From positions 1 to 36,904 of the IMG/VR virus record IMGVR_UViG_3300042347_000200: a stretch of DNA of 36,904 bases, one strand, 5' to 3'. Origin of the DNA: a virus (taxonomy: Duplodnaviria; Caudoviricetes). Shown one piece after another: positions 8,392-15,147 of this stretch. The first letter of the stretch is position 1, and each line of letters opens with the position of its first letter. Below the pieces are notes generated by a model. It was not told the origin of the DNA. It did not search any database and saw only the letters and a list, made by a program, of their open reading frames with translations. Made by a program: the position numbers and the translations under genes.

Positions 8392-8432
8392 GGCTCCCGT
8401 TAAAGGCCGGCACAAGTTGGAGATAAAACCCA

Positions 8433-8594
8433 ATGAAAGCCACAATCGAAGCCGCAATAAAGAACCTGACCGAAAAGGCCCAAGCCGCAAAGCCTGACGA
8501 CGTGCTGAAGTACTCGCAGGCCGCGCTGAACTTGGCGCACACCGAAGCCACGCTGGAAGCAACGCGGCGTGAGAACGAGAAACAGAAGACGTAA
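8433..8594 (+). CDS. Cassette 8 ORF, 53-aa helical protein (MKATIEAAIKNLTEKA...), not in the supplied ORF track
   Basis: GGAG RBS; fills most of the cassette. Confidence 0.7.
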   Translation: MKATIEAAIKNLTEKAQAAKPDDVLKYSQAALNLAHTEATLEATRRENEKQKT

Positions 8595-8625
8595 TGAGCG
8601 GCCGTCACTGGTCAAGGCTGGTGAC

Positions 8626-8688
8626 GGCTAACGCTGGCGTAACCGGCGCTGAGCTTGCGAAGCGTCCGCGTTGACGCAAATGTTAGGC
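8626..8688 (-). repeat. attC-like site 9 (63 bp)
   Basis: GGCTAAC..GCGT-AAC-CGG-CGCT..AGCG-T-CCG-C-GTT-G-ACGC..GTTAGGC. Confidence 0.88.
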
Positions 8689-8706
8689 AACGATTTCGGA
8701 GGAAAC

Positions 8707-8886
8707 ATGGACAACTTTAACGACCTTTACCCGAAACAACGAACTGGTAAAGAGTGCAAGAAAACGGATTGCGACAGGCATAAGAATTATGTTGCATGGC
8801 AGTGCGGCACTTCAAGCCTTAGCTTCTGCATTGAGTGCAAACATGCTCACGTTTCGCAGTACAAGCGCAAGGTGTCTAACGGCTGA
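8707..8886 (+). CDS. Cassette 9 ORF, 59-aa Cys-rich protein
   Basis: GGAGG RBS; five Cys including CIEC. Confidence 0.7.
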   Translation: MDNFNDLYPKQRTGKECKKTDCDRHKNYVAWQCGTSSLSFCIECKHAHVSQYKRKVSNG

Positions 8887-8941
8887 AATAACCGGCGTGC
8901 CGCGCTTTTGCGGCACGTCCGGGTTGATTGATTAGTTCGGC
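8874..8941 (-). repeat. attC-like site 10 (68 bp)
   Basis: GTCTAAC..AAT-AAC-CGG-CGTGCCGC/GCGGCACG-T-CCG-G-GTT-G-ATT..GTTCGGC. Confidence 0.9.
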
Positions 8942-8976
8942 GTCTTGCCGGAGCCGACTTTTGAAAAGGATAAGCG

Positions 8977-9225
8977 ATGGACATTGAACAAGCGTGCCGT
9001 GCGTCTCGGCGCAACAGGGCCAAGGTGCAGGCAGCGAAGGAATGCGGCTGCTATTTCTGTCTCCGATCGTTCCCGTCAACGGATGTTGTTGATTGGGCCG
9101 ACCTGGACGAAATGACGGCGCTTTGCCCGCACTGTGGGATTGACTCGGTGTTGCCATCTGTGACGGACAAGGAAGCACTGATAGCAGCAAACGAACGGTG
9201 GTTCTGTGAGACGCCGAACGTCTGA
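8977..9225 (+). CDS. Cassette 10 ORF, small Zn-ribbon protein (82 aa)
   Basis: CGCYFCL...ALCPHCGIDSV; AAGGA RBS. Confidence 0.8.
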   Translation: MDIEQACRASRRNRAKVQAAKECGCYFCLRSFPSTDVVDWADLDEMTALCPHCGIDSVLPSVTDKEALIAANERWFCETPNV

Positions 9226-9279
9226 ATTCACCGGCCTGCGCGGCTTTTCGCGCAGGTCCGGTGGAATGACGGGTTAGCC
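9213..9279 (-). repeat. attC-like site 11 (67 bp)
   Basis: - strand reads GGCTAAC-CCGTC-ATTCCACCGGACCTGCGCGAAAAGCCGCGCAGGCCGGTGAAT-TCAGAC-GTTCGGC, a canonical top-strand attC layout. Confidence 0.92.
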
Positions 9280-9322
9280 GTGCGCCCGATGAAGGCACGG
9301 CAACACAACAAAGGAAACGACC

Positions 9323-9547
9323 ATGAATGAAGGATACGCAATGGAAATGGCAGCGAAGCAAGCGGGCGTACTTGGTGGCTACGCGAAAGACCCGATGCAG
9401 CAGATGACGTGCGGCGAGAATTTGGAGCGCAAGATTGCCGAGCAGAAGGAGCGGCTGGCGATGTTGGAAAACGCGATGGAGGAAATGAAAGCCACCGGCC
9501 TTTACAACGTGAAGATTTCCACCCTGCGCGACACGATGTCATGGTGA
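9323..9547 (+). CDS. Cassette 11 ORF, hypothetical coiled-coil protein (74 aa)
   Basis: AAGGA RBS; stop 1 nt before the terminal core. Confidence 0.75.
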   Translation: MNEGYAMEMAAKQAGVLGGYAKDPMQQMTCGENLERKIAEQKERLAMLENAMEEMKATGLYNVKISTLRDTMSW

Positions 9548-9548
9548 C

Positions 9549-9567
9549 GGCTAACGTTAAGTAGCCC
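9549..9567 (-). other. Terminal half-site (attI-like simple site or truncated attC)
   Basis: GGCTAAC-GTTAA-GTAGCCC; the core matches the site 11 end (ACGGCTAAC/GTTAGCCGT) but no hairpin body follows. Confidence 0.65.
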
Positions 9568-9585
9568 TACCGTGCAAGGTACACT

Positions 9586-9891
9586 ATGACCTATCGACTG
9601 ACCAAAAAAGCCGCACAGACCCGCCTCGCAGCCATGCGACGAGGCCGGGAGCGTGTGCGCTTGGACGGACCGGCGCCGGAATATCCGCAACCGCTACCAG
9701 AACTTCGTCGGCAGATCATCATCCGTGATTTCGACTTCGGCGAGAAGATTCACACGCTCGACCTGTACCGGACTGATCGCGTCGACTGCTACCGCGTGGT
9801 CGCCGATGGCGTTGAATGGAAAGAGCGCATCGGATGGTCGAAGATTCTGGCGGGACTGCGGAAATCCATGCCGCGTGTCGGATCAATTTAA
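9586..9891 (+). CDS. Hypothetical protein (101 aa)
   Basis: AAGG RBS; co-directional with the operon. Confidence 0.7.
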   Translation: MTYRLTKKAAQTRLAAMRRGRERVRLDGPAPEYPQPLPELRRQIIIRDFDFGEKIHTLDLYRTDRVDCYRVVADGVEWKERIGWSKILAGLRKSMPRVGSI

Positions 9892-9952
9892 TTGCGCGTT
9901 GTAAGTTTCGTGTAAGTTTCAGCAGGAGAATTACACACAAGGAGGTAGCACA

Positions 9953-10138
9953 ATGAAACCTGTACCGCAGTACCAAGCAACAGTAGAGCAGCAGCATCCG
10001 GCGATGGATGGCGTAGCAAATCTTATCGTAGTAGGGCAGACGTTCGGCACCCATGACGAGTGCTGGAACGCTGCTAAAGCGATGACGAAGTTTCCTGTCA
10101 TCCAGTTCAAGGAAGTTCATCATGGGCAGAAGTGCTGA
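9953..10138 (+). CDS. Hypothetical protein (61 aa)
   Basis: AAGGAGG RBS. Confidence 0.65.
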   Translation: MKPVPQYQATVEQQHPAMDGVANLIVVGQTFGTHDECWNAAKAMTKFPVIQFKEVHHGQKC

Positions 10139-10421
10139 AATGTGGCAAGAGCAGCAGGACGAGGATAATCAGCAACCCGATACGCTGGCCGAGGAACAAT
10201 GGAGCATGAGCAACTACAGGCCAGACCCACACCGAATGGCGCAAATCATCGCCGCATCCAGTCTCAAGGATTGCCGCGCCGATCCTAACAACCAATTGGG
10301 CGACTGGCACGATGGTCGCACCACAGCTATCGCGCTGATGTACTACGAGCCGGAAATCCTCGCCGCTGCGAACGAAGTCCGTTTCCTCGTCGGGCAGTAT
10401 AAGTGGAGGCACTTCGCATGA
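10122..10421 (+). CDS. Hypothetical protein (99 aa)
   Basis: AAGGA RBS; stop overlaps the next start. Confidence 0.6.
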   Translation: MGRSAEMWQEQQDEDNQQPDTLAEEQWSMSNYRPDPHRMAQIIAASSLKDCRADPNNQLGDWHDGRTTAIALMYYEPEILAAANEVRFLVGQYKWRHFA

Positions 10422-11200
10422 AAACCATCCTCGACATGCCGGCCAGCGAGTATCACGCTCACGAAGCTGTCAGCAACTCGCTCATCAGCAAGATACTCAA
10501 GTCACCGGCACATGCTCGCGCCTACCTGGACGGTGCCACCGACGAGCAGACTCCAGCAATGGCATTCGGTACTGCCTTCCACATGGCGGTGCTGGAGCCG
10601 GTACGCTTCGCCGAGTCCTACAGCGTGTTCGACATGGACGGGCGCACCAAGGAAGGCAAGGCGGCAAAGCAGGCCATGCTGGACTCAGGGCAGACGATCA
10701 TCAGCGCGACGGATTGGGACACCATTCAAGGTATGTGCGTGTCTATCCTTCGGAACCCTACAGCATCGTCACTCCTGACGGATGGCGTATCCGAATCATC
10801 ATACTTCTGGACGGACAAGGATACCGGGCTTGAATGCAAGTGCCGCCCTGACTTCCAATCAAACGGAACGCCGTACATCGTTGATCTGAAATCCACCGAG
10901 GACGCATCACCGGCAGGATTCGCCCGTAGCATTGCTGCTTACGGCTATCATCGGCAGGCGGCGCACTACATGGCAGGCACCGGAGCGGAGAAGTTCTACT
11001 TCGTTGCCGTCGAGAAAAAGGCACCGTTCGCCGTTGCAGTGTATGAGTTGGACGCTCTGGCTCTGGATCAAGGATGGCGCGAGGTTCGCCGTGCGCTCGA
11101 CTACTGGAAGGACTGCACCACGGCGCAAATGTTCCCCGGCTACCAGGAAGAAATCGTTACGTTGGGCTTGCCAACGTGGGCTATGAAGGAGGATGTATGA
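10418..11200 (+). CDS. RecE/exonuclease VIII-like PD-(D/E)XK nuclease (DUF3799-like)
   Basis: YHAHEAVSNS, SPAH, FGTAFH, KCRPD, IVDLKST, YHRQAAHY and FVAVEK. Confidence 0.9.
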   Translation: MKTILDMPASEYHAHEAVSNSLISKILKSPAHARAYLDGATDEQTPAMAFGTAFHMAVLEPVRFAESYSVFDMDGRTKEGKAAKQAMLDSGQTIISATDWDTIQGMCVSILRNPTASSLLTDGVSESSYFWTDKDTGLECKCRPDFQSNGTPYIVDLKSTEDASPAGFARSIAAYGYHRQAAHYMAGTGAEKFYFVAVEKKAPFAVAVYELDALALDQGWREVRRALDYWKDCTTAQMFPGYQEEIVTLGLPTWAMKEDV

Positions 11201-12090
11201 ACACCGCACTCGTACCGTTCCAAGACATACAACAGATGGCAACCGCTGTCGCCAAGTCCGGCCTGTTCGGAATGAAAACACCGGAGCAGGCTATCGCCCT
11301 GATGCTCGTCGCGCAGTCAGAGGGCTTGCATCCTGCGCGGGCAGCAATGGAGTACCACGTCATACAAGGCCGCCCTGCACTCAAGGCTGATGCCATGCTT
11401 GCGCGGTTCCAGAACGCAGGCGGCAAGGTTAGCTGGAAGTCCTACACCGACGCCGACGTTACCGGCGTGTTCTCGCATCCGTCTGGCGGCGAGGTTTCGA
11501 TTCAATGGACGTTCGACATGGCGACCAAGGCGGGGCTTACCAAGAACCCGACATGGAAGCAGTATCCCCGCGCCATGCTCCGCGCACGGTGCATCAGCGA
11601 GGGCATCCGCACCGTGTATCCAGGCGTATCTGTCGGAATCTATACGCCGGAAGAAGTGCAGGATTTCACACCAGCACCGGAGAAGGACGTTACTCCGCAA
11701 CCAGCACCGACGCCCATGCCTGAGAAGGTGAAGCAAGCCGCAGCCAAGGCTCAAGGCAAGACACACAAGCCTGACCTGAATGTGATTGAAGGCGAGGCTA
11801 CCCATGTGCGCGGCACCATCAGCGGAAATCCGCTTGAAGGCGACCTTACCGGAATCGGCCCCGACCGTCCCGTCGACGACGTGACCAAGGGCAAGGTGTT
11901 GCACGCCTTCGCAAGCGTAGGCTACACGCTCCCGGCGCTGGAAGCAGAGTACGGCAAGCCTCTGTCCGAGTGGATGGAGTCGGATGTTGTCGAGGCGCGG
12001 GAGTTGCTGAAGTCCCTCAAGATTTCCGCTGCACAAGCCAAGGCTCAGGCTGCGGAGATGGCGGCGAATCCTGATGGTGGGGAGATTTGA
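11197..12090 (+). CDS. RecT-like single-strand annealing protein
   Basis: Directly after the exonuclease; YHVIQGRP, WKQYPRAMLRAR and GIYTPEE. Confidence 0.75.
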   Translation: MNTALVPFQDIQQMATAVAKSGLFGMKTPEQAIALMLVAQSEGLHPARAAMEYHVIQGRPALKADAMLARFQNAGGKVSWKSYTDADVTGVFSHPSGGEVSIQWTFDMATKAGLTKNPTWKQYPRAMLRARCISEGIRTVYPGVSVGIYTPEEVQDFTPAPEKDVTPQPAPTPMPEKVKQAAAKAQGKTHKPDLNVIEGEATHVRGTISGNPLEGDLTGIGPDRPVDDVTKGKVLHAFASVGYTLPALEAEYGKPLSEWMESDVVEARELLKSLKISAAQAKAQAAEMAANPDGGEI

Positions 12091-12092
12091 GC

Positions 12093-12314
12093 ATGATTTC
12101 CGACGATGGAACAGACGCCGAATGCGGCGACGAGACTGACGACAACGAACCCGGCTACTGCCCACAGTGCAGCGGTAGCGGCGAGGGCATGTACGATGGA
12201 ACGCGGTGCGGCAGTTGCGGTGGCTCAGGAGTCGAGCGCAACGACGATGGACGCGAGGATTGGGAGGCCGACCGTGCCGACGAGCGCAACGATGCGGCCA
12301 AGTTCGATGACTAA
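12093..12314 (+). CDS. Small acidic protein with DnaJ-type CxxCxGxG zinc repeats
   Basis: CPQCSGSG and CGSCGGSG. Confidence 0.65.
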   Translation: MISDDGTDAECGDETDDNEPGYCPQCSGSGEGMYDGTRCGSCGGSGVERNDDGREDWEADRADERNDAAKFDD

Positions 12315-12543
12315 CGCAATCAGCAGACAAGCCGCGCAAACGCTTGAGCGCAAACTGATGTCCTCGCCAGTGCCATTGGCAGTGTTCGTGACGTATGGCG
12401 GCAGTTGGGTGGCGACTAAAGTGACAACGGCGCTATTCAGGACGCAACTCGAAAAGACGCCGAACTCGTTGATGGGCGTATACACAATTGATGCAAACAT
12501 GGTCGACTTGGCCGATGACTTTTTTAACAGTGGGGTGCGTTAA
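12307..12543 (+). CDS. Hypothetical protein (78 aa, MTNAISRQ...)
   Basis: Overlaps both neighbours; TAATG coupling to ssb. Confidence 0.6.
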   Translation: MTNAISRQAAQTLERKLMSSPVPLAVFVTYGGSWVATKVTTALFRTQLEKTPNSLMGVYTIDANMVDLADDFFNSGVR

Positions 12544-12935
12544 TGAATAACTGGAATTTCACCGGCAATCTCGGACGGTCAGCAGAGCAAAAGTTTGTTG
12601 GCGACAATAGCCTCGTATCGTTCTCCGTAGCCGTTAAGTCGGGCTTTGGCGACAAGGCTGTGACAACCTGGGCGAACTGTCAGATGTGGGGCAAGCGCGG
12701 CGAGTCCGTGTTGCCGTATCTCAACAAGGGGCAGTTGGTCGGCATCAGCGGGGAGGCTACCCTGCGCATGTACGAGAAGAAGGATGGCGGCCAGGGTGCA
12801 TCGCTTGATGTGCGCGTGAATGACCTGACGCTGCTTGGCAAGTCGGAGGCATCGCAGCAGGAAGCATCCCCCGTTACAGAGCATTCAGCGGCGAAGGCGA
12901 ATGCTTACGTTGTTGATGATGACGAAGCGTTCTGA
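12543..12935 (+). CDS. ssb: Single-stranded DNA-binding protein
   Basis: GNLGR, FSVAV, TTW.NC.MWGK, YLNKGQLV and acidic tail DDDEAF. Confidence 0.93.
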   Translation: MNNWNFTGNLGRSAEQKFVGDNSLVSFSVAVKSGFGDKAVTTWANCQMWGKRGESVLPYLNKGQLVGISGEATLRMYEKKDGGQGASLDVRVNDLTLLGKSEASQQEASPVTEHSAAKANAYVVDDDEAF

Positions 12936-13123
12936 TGAACCGAAAAGAGCAACTAGCCTTCACCCGCCTTGAGATCGAGAACGCGGAACTTCGCGCCTCG
13001 AACTCTCGGCACATCGAGGTGTATCGGGATCAGTCGATCGAACTGATCGACTTGCGAACGAATCTGGCAATGGTTCGGCGGTTTGCTGAAGAACTTTACG
13101 CGGAGACTAATTTACATGGCTGA
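12935..13123 (+). CDS. Hypothetical protein (62 aa)
   Basis: TGATG coupling to ssb. Confidence 0.6.
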   Translation: MNRKEQLAFTRLEIENAELRASNSRHIEVYRDQSIELIDLRTNLAMVRRFAEELYAETNLHG

Positions 13124-13325
13124 CTTCGCCACATGGGCGCAACCGACCCTAGCCAAACTCGCCGCCGACCAGCAAGCCGAGATAGTGCGGCTCAACAATG
13201 CTCAATGCGACACGCTACGGGTACTCGTAGAGTTGGCTGCGGAATATGCGCGAGTGTGCGATATGTTTTGTAAGGTTCCTGTCAAGAATCCGGCTTATCG
13301 TGCGGCTATGGACGCAATCAAATGA
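13116..13325 (+). CDS. Hypothetical protein (MADFATWAQPTL...)
   Basis: GGAG RBS; ATGA overlap with the next gene. Confidence 0.6.
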   Translation: MADFATWAQPTLAKLAADQQAEIVRLNNAQCDTLRVLVELAAEYARVCDMFCKVPVKNPAYRAAMDAIK

Positions 13326-13660
13326 CTCCTACCTTCCGCAAGTGGCACGACGCCGACGACGCCGGTACTCCGCTGCTCATTACGAAGCAACTGGAAGATT
13401 TGACCGGCAGCAAGGAATACTCTGTCGACGTCCGAGGGCCGAAGCAGCACCACACGCGGTTTGTGTGCGAAGTGCTGCTGTACCGCGACGAGGGGCATAT
13501 CGACGCATGGGCAGACACGACAACCGGAAGCCTATACGTCGATGGGCGGTGCTTGTCGGGGCCGCTGGAGTTTGTTGGCAAGCCGAAGCCTACGGGTCGC
13601 ACTGTGCCGAATTGGAGAAAGCGGCAGCAGGAAGGGGATTTGAGGACGAGGATATGGTGA
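13322..13660 (+). CDS. Hypothetical protein (112 aa)
   Basis: Translationally coupled on both sides. Confidence 0.6.
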   Translation: MTPTFRKWHDADDAGTPLLITKQLEDLTGSKEYSVDVRGPKQHHTRFVCEVLLYRDEGHIDAWADTTTGSLYVDGRCLSGPLEFVGKPKPTGRTVPNWRKRQQEGDLRTRIW

Positions 13661-14130
13661 TGAAAAAGAAGCTCACCTTAAACGAAACCATACGCCTTAA
13701 CGAGAAGGCTCTGCGCGGCCTTTGCTTCGCGGCAGGTAAGCCAATGCCAGAAGGCTTCGATACGCCCGCCAAAGAGGTTAAAACACGCGCTCCGAGCAAG
13801 CCACCGGAGTACCCACTGGAACACGAAGAACAAAAGAACTTCGTCAAGTGGTTCAGGATGCAATATCCGAAGGTTCGCATCTTCGCCGTACCGAATGCCG
13901 CCATGCGGGATTACAAACTCGCAGCGTATTTAGTTGCGGAAGGACTCACGGCAGGAGTACCGGATTTGCTAGTGCTTGACTGGAAACTAGGCATCGAAAT
14001 GAAGCGCGTCAAAGGTTCAACAATCAGCGACGATCAACGCGAATGGGAAATCTACCTTCGCAACATCGGATGGCATCACATCTATGCCTACGGGTGCAAG
14101 GACGCCATTGAAAAGGTGCAGCAACTATGA
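13660..14130 (+). CDS. VRR-NUC family endonuclease
   Basis: EHEEQ, FAVPN, EGLTAGVPDL, IEMKR and S.DQ.EW. Confidence 0.85.
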   Translation: MKKKLTLNETIRLNEKALRGLCFAAGKPMPEGFDTPAKEVKTRAPSKPPEYPLEHEEQKNFVKWFRMQYPKVRIFAVPNAAMRDYKLAAYLVAEGLTAGVPDLLVLDWKLGIEMKRVKGSTISDDQREWEIYLRNIGWHHIYAYGCKDAIEKVQQL

Positions 14131-14309
14131 ACCGCAGCTACGAGGAGGATAAAACACAATGTACCGCAATCGGACAGAACAAGAAACGATGCGCCAGGAT
14201 AGCAACGCATTCCTGCGGCGGCAATGCGTACTGCGAGAGGCACAACCAGATGGCTATCCGCGACAGGGCGAACTCTGTTCCGCTGAAAGCATCGAAGCCA
14301 TCATCCTAG
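14127..14309 (+). CDS. Small Cys/His protein (60 aa)
   Basis: ATGA overlap; QCTA...RC...YCERH. Confidence 0.6.
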   Translation: MNRSYEEDKTQCTAIGQNKKRCARIATHSCGGNAYCERHNQMAIRDRANSVPLKASKPSS

Positions 14310-14363
14310 ACTCAGTGGCGCAGAGGGATCGTGAATACATCGTGCGACAAATCGGGAGGATCA

Positions 14364-14606
14364 ATGAAGCCAACGAAAAAGCCGTTTCACGCCGATCTGA
14401 TAGTGTTCTTTGCCTGCTGGTCGGTTGCCTGTTTCGTGGCGGGACTGTGGATGGGTGAGGAACGAGCGACCCAAGCCCCCAAGGTCTGTGCCAAGGTATT
14501 AGGGATGCAGCCAGTGAGTAGCACGGCAGATACATGCACCTACATCATGGGTACACAGGGTCGTGCGTACTGGAAATATCTGGCGGTGAAGGAGGAAAAG
14601 AAATGA
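14364..14606 (+). CDS. Small membrane protein
   Basis: GGAGG RBS; hydrophobic LIVFFACWSVACFVAGLW. Confidence 0.6.
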   Translation: MKPTKKPFHADLIVFFACWSVACFVAGLWMGEERATQAPKVCAKVLGMQPVSSTADTCTYIMGTQGRAYWKYLAVKEEKK

Positions 14607-14755
14607 ACACCTTCCTGCTCAACCTGCGATACGGATTCGAGATGACCCTCGCGTACCTCGCCGGCAACATGGGCGACGAGGCTTCGATGGACAACCATGT
14701 ACGCGAGGCCGACAAGGTCTGGATGGAGCTTTGGAAGATAGGAGCGGTGAGATGA
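14603..14755 (+). CDS. Hypothetical protein (50 aa)
   Basis: AAGGAGG RBS; ATGA overlaps on both sides. Confidence 0.6.
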   Translation: MNTFLLNLRYGFEMTLAYLAGNMGDEASMDNHVREADKVWMELWKIGAVR

Positions 14756-15147
14756 ACAAAGATGACGTACGGCTGATAGCGGATCAGTGTTTTGTAGATC
14801 GCAGAAATAATGTGCTACCTACTAAGACATTCATGGGCAACGATGACGAACTACAAAACTTCGCCGCTCGACTTGAAGCGGAGTGGATGAAGGATGCGGA
14901 GCCGGTGTTTGAGGTTGGCTTCGGTTGGCTGAAAACAAAGCGCGGGAACATGGCGCCTTGACCGAACGGAACTCTGCTTTACCTCCACCCCGCATCCATC
15001 CCGGAAGGCATGGTGCTGGTGCCGAAGGAACCGACTGAGGAGATGATTAGGCACGGGAACATATCAATGAGTTCTGCTAACCCGAAAGATCACACAGTTA
15101 GAGGGTGCTACATGAACATGATCGCCGCCGCGCAAGGAGAGAAGTGA
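14752..15147 (+). pseudogene. Phage hypothetical gene interrupted by one in-frame TGA (14959-14961)
   Basis: Same frame continues after the stop: ...GNMAP*PNGTLLYLHPASIPEGMVLVPKEPTEEM...MIAAAQGEK, then TGATG coupling to the next ORF. Confidence 0.7.

Larger units (their letters stand above)
5179..9567 (-). mobile_element. Array of 11 integron-type gene cassettes without integrase (CALIN-like) in a phage; ORFs antisense to attC polarity
   Basis: 11 attC-like hairpins alternate with single ORFs; the GTT end of site n is the reverse complement of the AAC end of site n+1; terminal half-site at 9549-9567. Confidence 0.9.

Noticed and set aside
5179-9567. CRISPR array, REP elements or a series of terminators as the explanation for the repeats
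   Set aside because: The repeats share structure, not sequence. Intervening segments are whole genes. There are no U-tracts. Bulge placement and cross-cassette end matching fit attC sites.
4953-9690. Minus-strand ORFs across the array (e.g. 5479-5958, 6527-7183, 7722-8360, 8876-9361, 9228-9542) as the true cassette genes
   Set aside because: They cross cassette boundaries, include attC translations (LTRHSTGPARKAAQAGEF) and lack recognisable motifs. The + strand ORFs have RBSs and clear motifs.
14959-14961. Genome-wide TGA recoding (alternative genetic code)
   Set aside because: Only one case. Many genes end in TGA with ATGA coupling, and long genes are intact under the standard code.
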